From: an uncultured Roseburia sp.
Lineage (GTDB): Bacteria; Bacillota; Clostridia; Lachnospirales; Lachnospiraceae
Direction of reading: 5' to 3'
Assembly (NCBI GenBank): GCA_900550935.1
Contig: URUD01000003.1
Span: 8,951-72,950 of the forward strand
Length of the DNA: 64,000 nucleotides
Below the pieces are notes generated by a model, which saw nothing but the letters and a program-made list of their open reading frames with translations, had not been told where the DNA came from and did no database searches. Both the position numbers and the translations under genes were made by a program. The first letter of the stretch is position 1. Each line of letters begins with the position of its first letter. This document shows, in pieces, positions 42,560 to 53,381 of this stretch.

Positions 42560-44149
42560 CTACTCTCGTCCAAATTCTGACAGGACAAGGCCTTCGTTCC
42601 GGTCTAATACCATGCCAACGCTCCACGCATTGACAAAGAGTAACAGCGGTCTTCCCTTCAGGTCCTGGATCTTCTTCATATCTGAAGTGCCGACCAGCTT
42701 GTCCATATCGATCTCTTCGTTTTCGATCCAGCGGATATGCTCATACGGCAGATTATCCATACGGATTTCTACATTGTATTCATTCTCAAGACGGTATTTT
42801 AAAACATCAAACTGAAGTACACCGACAACGCCGACGATCACTTCTTCCATTCCCATATTATACTCCTGGAAGATCTGGATCGCACCTTCCTGCGCGATCT
42901 GCTCCATGCCCTTCATGAATTGTTTTCGTTTCATCGTGTCGACCTGACGGACTCTTGCAAAATGCTCCGGAGCAAACGTCGGGATCCCCTCAAAACGGAA
43001 TGGTTTTGCCGTGGTAAGTGTATCACCGATAGAAAAGATACCCGGATCAAACACACCGATGATATCGCCTGCATACGCCTCTTCCACGATGTGGCGTTCC
43101 TGTGCCATCATCTGCTGTGGCTGGGACAGTTTGATCTTTTTATTTCCACCCTGCACATGTGTTACTTCCATGCCGGCATTGAATTTACCGGAACAGATAC
43201 GCATAAAAGCGATCCGGTCACGATGCGCCTTATTCATATTTGCCTGGATCTTAAAGACAAACGCTGAGAAATCCTCGGAAAACGGGTCGACCTCTCCAAT
43301 ATCTGCTTTTCTTGGCAGTGGAGAATACGTCATCTTTAAGAAATGCTGTAAAAAGGTCTCCACACCAAAGTTTGTCAGTGCAGATCCGAAAAATACCGGT
43401 GAAAGCTGTCCCTTTGTTACCATTTCCTGATCAAACTCCGCACTCGCACCATCCAGAAGCTCGATCTCTTCCATCAGCTTGTCAAAAGCATCCTGTCCGA
43501 TCTCCTCAATCAAAGCCGGATCATCAACTGCAATATGGCGTTCCGTTCCCTCTTTTGTTCCCTTTAAGGTATCGGAAAACGTCATGACCTCTTTGGTATT
43601 ACGGTCATAAACTCCCTTAAATCCCTTACCGGAACCGATCGGCCAGTTGATCGGGCAGGTTGCGATACCAAGCTCCTTTTCAATCTCATCCAACAGGTCA
43701 AACGTATCGTTCGCATCACGGTCCATCTTATTGATAAAGGTAAAGATCGGGATATGGCGCATAACACAGACTTTGAATAATTTTCTGGTCTGCGCCTCGA
43801 CACCCTTGGAACCATCGATCACCATGACAGCGGAATCGGCCGCCATTAAGGTACGATAGGTATCCTCTGAGAAGTCCTGATGTCCCGGTGTATCCAGGAT
43901 ATTGATACAATATCCGTCATAATTAAACTGCAGCACGGAAGAAGTGACCGAAATACCTCTCTCCTTCTCGATCTCCATCCAGTCCGAAACCGCATGGCGC
44001 GCCGTTGCCTTTCCCTTAACCGAACCTGCCAGATTGATTGCTCCACCATACAGAAGGAATTTCTCCGTCAGTGTCGTCTTACCGGCATCCGGATGCGAAA
44101 TAATTGCAAACGTACGTCTTTTCTCTATCTCTTTTCTTAAATCAGCCAA
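42560..44149 (-). CDS. prfC: Peptide chain release factor 3
   Basis: RRTFAIISHPDAGKTT, SDWMEIEKERGISV, DTPGHQDFSEDTYR; probable TTG start. Confidence 0.97.
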   Translation of the reverse strand: MADLRKEIEKRRTFAIISHPDAGKTTLTEKFLLYGGAINLAGSVKGKATARHAVSDWMEIEKERGISVTSSVLQFNYDGYCINILDTPGHQDFSEDTYRTLMAADSAVMVIDGSKGVEAQTRKLFKVCVMRHIPIFTFINKMDRDANDTFDLLDEIEKELGIATCPINWPIGSGKGFKGVYDRNTKEVMTFSDTLKGTKEGTERHIAVDDPALIEEIGQDAFDKLMEEIELLDGASAEFDQEMVTKGQLSPVFFGSALTNFGVETFLQHFLKMTYSPLPRKADIGEVDPFSEDFSAFVFKIQANMNKAHRDRIAFMRICSGKFNAGMEVTHVQGGNKKIKLSQPQQMMAQERHIVEEAYAGDIIGVFDPGIFSIGDTLTTAKPFRFEGIPTFAPEHFARVRQVDTMKRKQFMKGMEQIAQEGAIQIFQEYNMGMEEVIVGVVGVLQFDVLKYRLENEYNVEIRMDNLPYEHIRWIENEEIDMDKLVGTSDMKKIQDLKGRPLLLFVNAWSVGMVLDRNEGLVLSEFGRE

Positions 44150-44217
44150 AACAAATCTATCCTCCAAACTTCTTATTCTTTGGCACTATAACATATTTTC
44201 CTGCAAAAAGCAAAATT

Positions 44218-45378
44218 TTAACGATATAAATCGATCGCGGTTCCGGCACATTCCGGTGTCAGTCCAAAATAAGAAAGAATGGTTGCAGCAATATCCGAAA
44301 AGCTCTCTCTTGTTCCGTAGTTTTCGCCTGCTTTGACCGGTTTTCCATAGACTACGAATGGTGTGTATTCTCTGGAATGATCGGTAGATGGTGTACTCGG
44401 ATCGCAGCCGTGATCTGCTGTGATCATCAAAACGTCCTCGTCACGCATTGCTGCAAGAAGCTCCGGCAGACGCTCATCAAAGTAAGTCAATGCCTTTGCG
44501 TAGCCCTCAACATCATTGCGGTGACCGTATAACATGTCATAATCCACAAGATTGGTAAAGCAAAGTCCCTCAAAATCTTTTTTCATATAGTCGAGGGTCT
44601 TGTTGATACCATCTTCATTTCCGGTTGTTCTGACATATTCGGTGATCCCTTTTTCTGCAAAGATATCAATGATCTTTCCAACAGAAAGAACGGAAAATCC
44701 GTTTGCGCTGAGCTGGTCTAACATCGTTGTTTTCGGTGGCTGTAAGGAGAAATCATGGCGTCTTGTCGTTCTGGTAAAGTTGCCCGGCTCTCCGATAAAC
44801 GGTCTTGCGATGACACGGCCTACCCCATGCTCGCCCTGTAACATTTTCCTTGCAATGCTGCAATATTCATATAAAGTCTCCACTGGAACGATATCCTCAT
44901 GTGCTGCGATCTGGAATACCGAATCGGCAGAAGTATAAACGATCAGGTCGCCTGTCTTCATATGTTCCTCGCCGTAATCACGGATGACATCGGTGCCGGA
45001 ATATGGTTTGTTACACAAAACACCTCTTCCGGTACGTTTGGAAAATTCATCGATGATCTCTTTCGGGAACCCGTTTGGATAAGTCGGAAGCGGGCTGTTT
45101 GAGATCACACCTGCGATCTCCCAGTGTCCGATCGTCGTATCTTTTCCCTTTGAAACCTCGGTCATTCGTGCCACAGCACCCTCTGGATGTGCTTCTTTCT
45201 CTCCGATGTTTACACCGTCAATATTAAAAAAACCCAGTTTTCTCATGTTTGGCATGGAAAAATAAGGGCTTTTCGATGCTGCTAAGATTGTGTTGCTTCC
45301 TGCATCTCCATATGCAGCAGCATCCGGCATCTCTCCAATTCCTACACTGTCTAATACGATCAAAAATACTCGTTTCAT
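44218..45378 (-). CDS. deoB: Phosphopentomutase
   Basis: LDSVGIG, GKDTTIGHWE, YTSADSVFQ, GHRND, TADHGCDP. Confidence 0.96.
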   Translation of the reverse strand: MKRVFLIVLDSVGIGEMPDAAAYGDAGSNTILAASKSPYFSMPNMRKLGFFNIDGVNIGEKEAHPEGAVARMTEVSKGKDTTIGHWEIAGVISNSPLPTYPNGFPKEIIDEFSKRTGRGVLCNKPYSGTDVIRDYGEEHMKTGDLIVYTSADSVFQIAAHEDIVPVETLYEYCSIARKMLQGEHGVGRVIARPFIGEPGNFTRTTRRHDFSLQPPKTTMLDQLSANGFSVLSVGKIIDIFAEKGITEYVRTTGNEDGINKTLDYMKKDFEGLCFTNLVDYDMLYGHRNDVEGYAKALTYFDERLPELLAAMRDEDVLMITADHGCDPSTPSTDHSREYTPFVVYGKPVKAGENYGTRESFSDIAATILSYFGLTPECAGTAIDLYR

Positions 45379-45504
45379 ATATCATCAACCTCTCTTTTCT
45401 ATGCGTTTTCTTTTTCTATCTTACCACATCCTCTCCAGCTTTACCAGTATTCATACAACAAGCCGCCATTCTCCTGAAATGAGAAATGACGGCTCTCTTA
45501 TTTT

Positions 45505-46275
45505 CTATTCTGTTGTCTGTGCTTCGTTTACTACAATCGGTGTGATCACGATATGTTCCGCAGAGACATTCGTTTTTCTTTTTACGATATCCTCTACCTG
45601 CGCACGTTTGGAATCGGTTACCTCTCCCATATTAAGTACGACATCACAGTTATCATCCGTGATGCTCACCACAACATCGGTAAATCCTTTTGCCTCCAAA
45701 AGCATCTCTGCTGCGGCTTCCCGCTCTGCAATGTCTGTCATTGCCACCATTTTGTTGACAGCATCCTGTTTTAGATTATCTGCCAGTGCTGCATTGTTCA
45801 CGATCTCAAGCAGTGCTTCCTTGTTTTTGGAACGGATCTGTTCCCGATTCAGTTTCATTTCTGCCGCATAGTCCAGATTTGCGATCGTGGTACTGGTTAA
45901 AATGGTCTCTCCCGGATTGGTTTCTTCAGCATTTTCTCCCATTGCCACATCCTCTGCGGTCTGTGCGCTCGTATCGATTTCTGCCTCTGCCACGGTCTCT
46001 GTGCTCTGTGTTGTCCCGGTCTGCCCGGTATCGTCTACAAGAGCAATCTCTTCTCCACTCCCCTCATCGGTAAAAATTTCCCCGACCAGATCGGTGTCCT
46101 CATCGGAAATCTCATATTCTTCTTCAAGTATCTCTGCACCTGCACTTACCTTTGCCGCCGCATCGTTGTCATCAATGGAATTGTTCATGTAACTGAAATA
46201 TCCTGCCACCGCGATCATAAGCGCGAGTGCCGTAATGATCAGTTGGTTCTTTCGAAATATTTTTTTCACGGTCAT
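45505..46275 (-). CDS. spoIIIAH: SpoIIIAH-like protein
   Basis: KNQLIITALALMIAVAGY, REQIRSK, LLEAKGF; last gene of the operon. Confidence 0.9.
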   Translation of the reverse strand: MTVKKIFRKNQLIITALALMIAVAGYFSYMNNSIDDNDAAAKVSAGAEILEEEYEISDEDTDLVGEIFTDEGSGEEIALVDDTGQTGTTQSTETVAEAEIDTSAQTAEDVAMGENAEETNPGETILTSTTIANLDYAAEMKLNREQIRSKNKEALLEIVNNAALADNLKQDAVNKMVAMTDIAEREAAAEMLLEAKGFTDVVVSITDDNCDVVLNMGEVTDSKRAQVEDIVKRKTNVSAEHIVITPIVVNEAQTTE

Positions 46276-46913
46276 CCCTCCTTCGAACTCATCTTTACTA
46301 CCTTAATTTTATGTGCTTCCACCGAAAATAATGCCTGGATCGTCTCTGAAATCTGCGAAATCGTTCTGCTGTTTCCGCCGCCCTCTGCCACAACGACAAC
46401 CCCCTCTATAGTTGGAAGTTCCTCTTTTTGTATATATGGTATCTTCTCCTGTCCATTTTCCGTATAAACGGTCGTCTCTTCTCTCTGTTCTTCTGTTACG
46501 GCGCGGTTTCCTCCATTGCTGTCTGTCTCCGTCGTTGTCGTTGTATCTCTCTTCTGGTCTTTTTCCAGCACGCAGGTTCCGTAGTCTGATACCGTGATCA
46601 TCACTTTTACCTTTCCCACGCCCTCCATCTGTGAAAGCACCTTCTCTAATTTATGCTCCAACTGCGCGGTATAGTCATCGTTTTTTTCTGTTTCAGATAC
46701 GTTTTTTGTTTCTGTTTCCGTCGCTGAAAGAAGTGCCGGCTTACTTTCTTTGAAAGACAGCTTTCCATCCGGCACAGTTTCCGGCATGGCAATGACCATA
46801 AGCAGCACTCCAATGCAGATTAATACGAAATAGTCCGTCTTTTTTAATTTCTTCCATGGCTTTTTCCTGATGTATGTCCTGATCTTTTCAATCAGATCCT
46901 GTATAGCAGACAT
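46272..46913 (-). CDS. spoIIIAG: Stage III sporulation protein AG
   Basis: LSQMEGVGKVKVMIT, PTIEGVVVVAEGG, HKIKV. Confidence 0.92.
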   Translation of the reverse strand: MSAIQDLIEKIRTYIRKKPWKKLKKTDYFVLICIGVLLMVIAMPETVPDGKLSFKESKPALLSATETETKNVSETEKNDDYTAQLEHKLEKVLSQMEGVGKVKVMITVSDYGTCVLEKDQKRDTTTTTETDSNGGNRAVTEEQREETTVYTENGQEKIPYIQKEELPTIEGVVVVAEGGGNSRTISQISETIQALFSVEAHKIKVVKMSSKEG

Positions 46914-47460
46914 TAACACTTCCCTCCTCCAGTTGATAGTATGATTCCAGTTTTTCTTTTACATTCTGACACAGAAGTTCATTTCCCTGCTGTCGTTCCT
47001 CTCCTATGGAGATCTCATCCACGCAGATTTCTGTTTCCTCTCGGTCCTCAATCTCTACCTCCACCGTTTCGATCTCATAGGATGAATTTAGGCTCACCTG
47101 TGCCGTTTTTACCGCATACCCATGTGCCTGTCCATATTCCTCTGCAACACGTGCTACATCCTGCGCCACGATGCTCTCATATTTTTTTAGATAATCCTTC
47201 TTTTGTCCCTCTGCGATACGTCTGGCACCGCGCGCTGTCTCTGCGAGACTTTCGGAAAACGCCTCAAACTCGATCTGCTCCAAAAAAACATCCGTATCCC
47301 AGAAAAAGGACAACAGCGGATGTAAGATCCCAATTACCAGAACAAACTGCGCAAAAAAGTAAATATATTTTTTTAACTGTGTTCCGGGGATCAGTTGTAA
47401 GATAACCGTAACTACAACAAAGAGCACCAGAAAACTTTTGATATACGCTGCAATCTGCAT
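46888..47460 (-). CDS. spoIIIAF: Stage III sporulation protein AF
   Basis: LIPG..KKYIYFF N-terminal hairpin; operon position. Confidence 0.8.
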   Translation of the reverse strand: MQIAAYIKSFLVLFVVVTVILQLIPGTQLKKYIYFFAQFVLVIGILHPLLSFFWDTDVFLEQIEFEAFSESLAETARGARRIAEGQKKDYLKKYESIVAQDVARVAEEYGQAHGYAVKTAQVSLNSSYEIETVEVEIEDREETEICVDEISIGEERQQGNELLCQNVKEKLESYYQLEEGSVNVCYTGSD

Positions 47461-47478
47461 GACACTCCATTCTCCCTT

Positions 47479-48648
47479 TTATATTGTCGTTCCGGTCAGC
47501 ATTGTAGTAAGTGCGATCGTAAGGAAAAATAAAACCACACAATATCCCATCAGCTTTACATACAGCACTCCGCCTTCTGCCATGCCCTTTAAACACCCGG
47601 CGATCCGCTTGTCTGCCACCGGCTCTGTCACCGCCGCCGCAATCTTGTAAAATAATGTGATGCAGGCGATCTTTCCCATCGGGACCGCACAGAGTAAAAC
47701 CAGGATCAGAAGTGCCGCCACGCCTACCCCGTTTTTGATCAGAATCCCGGAGCCGAGCAGCAGTTCTGTTACGCCGTCTGCCACATTTCCAATGCACGGT
47801 ATCATCGATGCCGCCTTTTCTACCGTTCCGTTTAACAGCCGGTCTTTGACCGGATTTAAAAATCCCTGCACAATATTTAATCCAAGCACCACCATACCGG
47901 ACAGCTTTAAGCCCCATAAGATAATGCCTTTGAGCAGCTCGGTCAGATTGGCGAATTTCTCTTCCTCAAAGAAATGATGAAACAGCGTGACTAAGATATA
48001 GAGATGGATCATCGGGATAAACAGATACAAAAACAGCCATTGTACCAGATAGATGACTAAAAATGCAATCTGGTAAAAGCCGATGGAACTGCTGCTGCCC
48101 ACCGCGAACACCATGGCAATGCAATAAGTCGGTATCATGACCTTCATAAAGGAAATACTCTGCTTTAAGGTCTGTGAGACGATCTCGGAACAGGTCAGAA
48201 ACGACTGTGTCAGCAAAATAGCAAGCACACAGTACACCAAAATAAAACAGAGTTCCGAAACATAGGAAGAACCAAACGCTCCGGCAAAGTTTTTTAGCAC
48301 AGAAAAGACAAGTGCCAGCAGTACGACCTCAAGCAGTATTTTTTTGTTCGCTTCTATCTCCTGACAAAGCATATCTTTTCCCCCTTGCAGTACCAGTTCC
48401 GGATGAAAAACGATGCCATCCCGCTGTATCAATGTGACAACGAGGTCGGAAAAACTCTGCTCTTCGATTGGCAGAACATTTTCCTGTTTTAAATAAGTAT
48501 CCACCTCGTCAAAATCGATCTGGCGAAGCAGTTCCTCTAAAACGGTATTTTCTTCCGTCTTATTTTTCCCTGCCTTGTTTTCCCCTGCAAAGACCGGTTC
48601 ACTTACACAAAGGATCAGACAAAAAAGAAGCACCGCCACCCTGTTCAT
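47479..48648 (-). CDS. spoIIIAE: Stage III sporulation protein AE
   Basis: Multi-TM; IPCIG, IKNGVGV, EPVADKRI. Confidence 0.9.
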   Translation of the reverse strand: MNRVAVLLFCLILCVSEPVFAGENKAGKNKTEENTVLEELLRQIDFDEVDTYLKQENVLPIEEQSFSDLVVTLIQRDGIVFHPELVLQGGKDMLCQEIEANKKILLEVVLLALVFSVLKNFAGAFGSSYVSELCFILVYCVLAILLTQSFLTCSEIVSQTLKQSISFMKVMIPTYCIAMVFAVGSSSSIGFYQIAFLVIYLVQWLFLYLFIPMIHLYILVTLFHHFFEEEKFANLTELLKGIILWGLKLSGMVVLGLNIVQGFLNPVKDRLLNGTVEKAASMIPCIGNVADGVTELLLGSGILIKNGVGVAALLILVLLCAVPMGKIACITLFYKIAAAVTEPVADKRIAGCLKGMAEGGVLYVKLMGYCVVLFFLTIALTTMLTGTTI

Positions 48649-49028
48649 ATCAGACCTCCTATCGTCTCCAAAAACGCCACAAACACCGGAAGGCTTACCG
48701 CCAGTATGGATATCTTTGCAAACACCTCGATCTGATTGGCGATCGCAGCATATCCGGCGTCCTTACAGACATTCATGGAAAACTCTGCCACATAGGTGAT
48801 CCCGACCATTTTTAAGATCAGTGCTATGTAAGTGTCATCGACCAGAACCAGTCCCTTTAACCGCTCGATAAATGCAACGACCGTCTCCGCTTTTGTCAGT
48901 ATGGAAAAGAGCAGACAGATACAGACTCCCATAGCAATCAACGTGCTGTACCCGCTCTTTTCTTTCTGCAATGGGATTGCAAGCAGGACACCCGTAATCC
49001 CAAGCAACGCAACTTTTAACATATTCAT
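48645..49028 (-). CDS. spoIIIAD: Stage III sporulation protein AD
   Basis: LKMVGITYVAEF..CKDAG..IANQIE. Confidence 0.93.
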   Translation of the reverse strand: MNMLKVALLGITGVLLAIPLQKEKSGYSTLIAMGVCICLLFSILTKAETVVAFIERLKGLVLVDDTYIALILKMVGITYVAEFSMNVCKDAGYAAIANQIEVFAKISILAVSLPVFVAFLETIGGLI

Positions 49029-49051
49029 GTTTCTACCCTGCCCTCTTTTTG

Positions 49052-49246
49052 TCACAATGCAAACAGAGTCTGCATTGTTTCAAATAATTCATAAATATAG
49101 GGAACGATCCAGAAAAGTACGATGATCAGTCCGGCAAGACTTGTAAGGAAAGCATGTTCTTCCCTGCCACTGTGTTTTAACACCTGACTGATGACTGTTA
49201 CCAAAATCCCGACTGCTGCTATTTTAAAGATTAAATTCACGCTCAT
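49052..49246 (-). CDS. spoIIIAC: Stage III sporulation protein AC
   Basis: MSVNLIFKIAAVGILV..QVLKHSGREE. Confidence 0.95.
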   Translation of the reverse strand: MSVNLIFKIAAVGILVTVISQVLKHSGREEHAFLTSLAGLIIVLFWIVPYIYELFETMQTLFAL

Positions 49247-49274
49247 TTTCTGTCTGCCCTTTCTCATCGCAAAT

Positions 49275-49793
49275 CTAGATCAGCAGGATGATGAGCATCA
49301 GACCTCCCATGATACTTACAGTCTGTGCCACCCGCTTTTTCTCCTTCTGTTCCCCTCTCTTTTCTTCAATGATGTAATCGAGCCGTTCCAGACACAGTGC
49401 CAGATTGCTCGCATTTTCCTCTGTATTTTTTCCGAAAAAAGCTCTTCCCGCATGTTCTAATACTTCACGCTCCGCTGCATCAAGCTGCAGTTTCTTCTGA
49501 TAGCGTTCCATTTCTTGCTGCCACAGAATGGTTCCGTCGCAGCCTCCCTTTTCCCGAAGCGTGCTTCCAAGTGTCTTACAAAAACGTGACAGAATTTCAT
49601 TCTGCGGATGCAGTCTGTTTTCTAAGATCTCTTCCATCGGCAACAGACAATATCCTGCTTCCTGTGCGATATCTAAGAGCATCTGCCTGATCTCATAGAG
49701 CAGCCTGATGTGTTCTCTTAGTTCTGCCCCGAGCGTTACGGCAAGTCCCACGCTTGCAAGCAGGATCAGACCGCCTCCTGCTGCCTTTACCAT
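49275..49793 (-). CDS. spoIIIAB: Stage III sporulation protein AB
   Basis: N- and C-terminal TM; operon position. Confidence 0.8.
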   Translation of the reverse strand: MVKAAGGGLILLASVGLAVTLGAELREHIRLLYEIRQMLLDIAQEAGYCLLPMEEILENRLHPQNEILSRFCKTLGSTLREKGGCDGTILWQQEMERYQKKLQLDAAEREVLEHAGRAFFGKNTEENASNLALCLERLDYIIEEKRGEQKEKKRVAQTVSIMGGLMLIILLI

Positions 49794-50701
49794 AGCTGCT
49801 CCAGATTTTCATCATAGATCTGAAACGTGCGCTCCCCGCTGCCGTTTTTCGAAAGCAGGACAAACCGTTGAAACATCCCCTGCCTGATCCAGTGCCGTAA
49901 CTGTTTCTTCTCTGTAAGTTCCCGGATCTCTGCCGCATGGATGGTGCCAAGTACACGGCTTCCCGAACAGGCTGCCTGCTCTACAGCAAGAAAATCTTCC
50001 TCCCTGCCAAGCTCATCCACCGCAATAACCTGTGGGGACATGGAACGGAGCAGTAAAAGCATCCCCTGCGCTTTTGGACAATGGTCTAACACATCCGTCC
50101 TTCTGCCGATGTCTTTCTGCGGCACCCCCATATGGCAGGCTGCAATCTCCGAGCGTTCATCCACGATCCCGACTTTCAGCCCCTTCCGGCCGCTTTTCCC
50201 ATCCGATAAGATCCGGATGCAGTCTCTCAAACAGGTTGTCTTGCCCGTTCCCGGTGCCGATAGAATCAGGGTATTGTAAATGGTCTCTCCCTGCCATAAA
50301 AAAGGAACGATCGGCTCTGCACAGCCACATCTCTCCTGCGCGATCCGCACATTTAAAAAACAGATTGTGTGCATTCCGCTGATCTGCCCCTGTGAGATCA
50401 CTGCCTGTCCCACCAGCCCGATCCTATGCCCGCCCTCGATTGTAAGATACCCCTGTCTGATCTCCTCCTGATAGGCATAGAGCGAATACTGACTGATATA
50501 ATTTAACATTTCTCCCATATCGCGTTCCGTGACCCGTAAGTCAGACTCCGGCAGATACCGCCAGGTATTGGCATAACAAAATTCCATGGGTTGTCCGATC
50601 CTGACCCGGATCTCCTCAAGTCCCTGCCAGGGCATCTTTTTCATCTCCTCCCGGAAACGGATGGGAAAAAAAGACAGGATTGTTTCCATTCCATTTGCCA
50701 T
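49787..50701 (-). CDS. spoIIIAA: Stage III sporulation protein AA (ATPase)
   Basis: EEIRVR, GGHRIG, PGTGKTT, VDERSEIA, RSMSPQVIAVDE. Confidence 0.96.
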   Translation of the reverse strand: MANGMETILSFFPIRFREEMKKMPWQGLEEIRVRIGQPMEFCYANTWRYLPESDLRVTERDMGEMLNYISQYSLYAYQEEIRQGYLTIEGGHRIGLVGQAVISQGQISGMHTICFLNVRIAQERCGCAEPIVPFLWQGETIYNTLILSAPGTGKTTCLRDCIRILSDGKSGRKGLKVGIVDERSEIAACHMGVPQKDIGRRTDVLDHCPKAQGMLLLLRSMSPQVIAVDELGREEDFLAVEQAACSGSRVLGTIHAAEIRELTEKKQLRHWIRQGMFQRFVLLSKNGSGERTFQIYDENLEQLW

Positions 50702-50739
50702 AAGTATTTTGCTCCCTTCTCTGATTTCGCTCCTGCTTG

Positions 50740-50768
50740 ATTCTATGAGTGCGATCTTATTTTATGAC
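50740..50768 (-). promoter_or_regulatory. Candidate sigma-E promoter of spoIIIA
   Basis: GTCATAAA-N13-CATAGAAT resembles the sigma-E consensus; spoIIIA is a known sigma-E target. Confidence 0.65.
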
Positions 50769-50813
50769 AGCAAAAAATCGCCACGATCTCTCGTGACGAT
50801 TTTATCCTGCATC

Positions 50814-51491
50814 CTAATAGGTAATGGAAAGTACCTCAGAAACTTTGGTTTTATCATTTTTGCAGTAGATATAGCAGTAAGAATTTTTACCCTTTAAAGT
50901 GATCTTCTTTGAGAATTTTGCGGCATTGACCTGGATATTCTGTCTCTTATTGCCATTGCTGATATAAATGCTTGTGATCTTCCATCCTTTTTTCAGTTTT
51001 ACCTGTAAATTCTGGTTGTTAAAATTGGTACCACGTTTATGATATACCGTATTATTTTTAAACTGGGAAGTCAGATTTTTCTTGCCGAATTTGATGCTGC
51101 CTGCCGGGTTGCTGTATTTTTTTACGGTAAGTGTTGTTTTTAGTTTAACACCTTTTACTGTACAGGTAATGGTCGCTTTCTGTGCTTTGTCTCCAAAATA
51201 TACCACCAGATAACCATTCTGTTTCTCAACGCTCATATTTTTGTTGGAGCATTTTAAGTTTTTGATCTCAGATTTTTTGGAGCATCCCATGATACTGATC
51301 ACGCTCCAGTTTTTGCTGACACCATCTCCGGTCTTGTAGGTTACTACGGTTGCACTGTATGGATTAATGTAAACATTGCTGCTTGCAGCCTTTACCTCAT
51401 CGGATGGAGTCCATACGAGTGATGTGATCAGCATCATCAGTGCCAATACCAGTGCCATTCCCTTTGTTCTTGCCTTCTTTTTCATTCTCAT
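50814..51491 (-). CDS. Hypothetical secreted basic protein
   Basis: Signal peptide ending EVKA; Lys-rich, beta-strand-like composition. Confidence 0.7.
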   Translation of the reverse strand: MRMKKKARTKGMALVLALMMLITSLVWTPSDEVKAASSNVYINPYSATVVTYKTGDGVSKNWSVISIMGCSKKSEIKNLKCSNKNMSVEKQNGYLVVYFGDKAQKATITCTVKGVKLKTTLTVKKYSNPAGSIKFGKKNLTSQFKNNTVYHKRGTNFNNQNLQVKLKKGWKITSIYISNGNKRQNIQVNAAKFSKKITLKGKNSYCYIYCKNDKTKVSEVLSITY

Positions 51492-51509
51492 TCTCCTTTT
51501 TTATTTTGA

Positions 51510-53297
51510 TTACATACGATCCGGTGCGGAAAAGCCCAGTACATCAATGCTTGTCTCTAATACAGCCTTGGTAAGCTCTAACAGGCGGATATAGGACTTC
51601 TGACGTGCCTCGTCTTCCTCTGCCATGATCTTATTTCCATGATAAAACGTATTAAACGCATTCGCAAGATCATAAATATAAGAACATACTTTGTGTGGTG
51701 CGGTCTCCTCGAACGCATTTTCCATCATCGCATTGAATTTGGATAATTCAAGCATAAGGTTTTTCTCGCTCTCATTTGCTGCTGCGCAGATTGCTGCACC
51801 TTCTGTATTTTTGCCTGAACCATAATATTTATTTAAGATGGACTTGATGCGGACGATCGTATAGAGGATGTATGGCCCTGTATTTCCCTCAAATGAGGTA
51901 AAGCGGTCAATATCAAAGATATAATCTTTGCTTGCCTGATTGGAGAGATCGCCGTATTTGATCGCTGCAAGTGCTACCATCTTGGCTGTCTTTTTTGCTT
52001 CTTCCTCGCTGATGCCCAGGTTTTCTTTTGTTTTCTGGTTCTCGGTGATCTTCTTTAACATCTCAGCATCGATCTCATTTAACAGATGCTCCAGACGCAT
52101 GACACCACCCTCACGGGTCTTAAACGGCTTGCCGTCTTTTCCGTTCATCGTACCAAAACCTAAGAATTTTAATTCTGTCCCCGGTGTAACAAGACCTGTT
52201 TTTCTTGCGCAGCGGAATACCTGGGTAAAGTAAAGTTCCTGACGCTTGTCTACAACGTAGATCAGCTCATCCGGATGATAATCTTTCATACGCCATACGA
52301 TCGTTGCAAGGTCGGTCGTATTATAAAGAGATGCTCCGTCTGATTTTAAGATCATGCACGGAGGGATCTCCTTGGTATCTGTCTCCTCTTTGACATCTAC
52401 GACCAGTGCTCCATCGCTGATATAGGCAAATCCGTCATCCTTCATCTTCTGCACCATGTCCGGGATATATGGCTGTGCATCAGACTCTCCTTTCCAGAGT
52501 TCAAAAGAGACGTTTAAGTTCTCATAATTGCGTTTTAAGTCTGTCACTGACACATGAAGGATATGGGATAACAGTGCCTGATATCCTCTCCTGCCATGCT
52601 GTAATTCATAAGTTGCCTGCATGGCTGCCTCTTTGTAGGCATCATCCTCTTTTGATTTTTTACTTGCCGTCGGATAGATCTCCTCTAATTCCGAAATAGT
52701 AAATGGCGGCTCTGCCGGATATTCTCCGGTGTAGCTTTCATCAAAATATGGCAGTTCAGGTCTGCGAAGCTTTAACTCTGTAATGATCAGTCCCATCTGA
52801 AGACCCCAGTCACCCAGATGCACATCACCAATCATCTCATGTCCCATAAATTTACCGATCCGCTTGATACTCTCTCCGATAATGGCAGAACGTAAATGTC
52901 CTACATGAAGAGGTTTCGCAACGTTTGGTCCGCCGTAATCAATCATAATGGTCTTTGGCTCTTTTACTTTTTCACAGCCAAAACGTCCCTCATCTTCCTG
53001 CATCTTTGCCACATAATCTGCTAAAAATGCACCGTCTAATTTCAGATTTAAAAATCCCGGTTTTACCGAATCTACCATGGCAAACATCGGATCTTCTGCC
53101 AGTTTTGCTGCCACTTCATCTGCAATCATAAAAGGGGCTTTCTTATATTCTTTTGCGGCTGCCATCGCGCCGTTACACTGATACTCACACAGATCCGGGC
53201 GATTGGACAGTGTAACTTTTCCGTATTTTGGATCATAACCGCATTCCACGAAGGCTTTTGTCACTTCTTCGCTAATCAGGTCTAAGATTTTTTTCAT
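51510..53297 (-). CDS. argS: Arginine--tRNA ligase
   Basis: PNVAKPLHVGHLRS, GDWGLQMG, KTREG, EGNTGPY. Confidence 0.97.
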   Translation of the reverse strand: MKKILDLISEEVTKAFVECGYDPKYGKVTLSNRPDLCEYQCNGAMAAAKEYKKAPFMIADEVAAKLAEDPMFAMVDSVKPGFLNLKLDGAFLADYVAKMQEDEGRFGCEKVKEPKTIMIDYGGPNVAKPLHVGHLRSAIIGESIKRIGKFMGHEMIGDVHLGDWGLQMGLIITELKLRRPELPYFDESYTGEYPAEPPFTISELEEIYPTASKKSKEDDAYKEAAMQATYELQHGRRGYQALLSHILHVSVTDLKRNYENLNVSFELWKGESDAQPYIPDMVQKMKDDGFAYISDGALVVDVKEETDTKEIPPCMILKSDGASLYNTTDLATIVWRMKDYHPDELIYVVDKRQELYFTQVFRCARKTGLVTPGTELKFLGFGTMNGKDGKPFKTREGGVMRLEHLLNEIDAEMLKKITENQKTKENLGISEEEAKKTAKMVALAAIKYGDLSNQASKDYIFDIDRFTSFEGNTGPYILYTIVRIKSILNKYYGSGKNTEGAAICAAANESEKNLMLELSKFNAMMENAFEETAPHKVCSYIYDLANAFNTFYHGNKIMAEEDEARQKSYIRLLELTKAVLETSIDVLGFSAPDRM

Positions 53298-53381
53298 AAC
53301 CTACGTTTCCTTTCTAAAAAACACTACTATTTTTCTATTTTATACATAGGTGTGCAAAATGTCAAACGCTACCTGTCTTTC

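Noticed and set aside
45505..50701. spoIIIA operon lying ~35 kb from asp23-nusB rather than adjacent
   Set aside because: Ordinary gene-order drift; the operon is complete and intact
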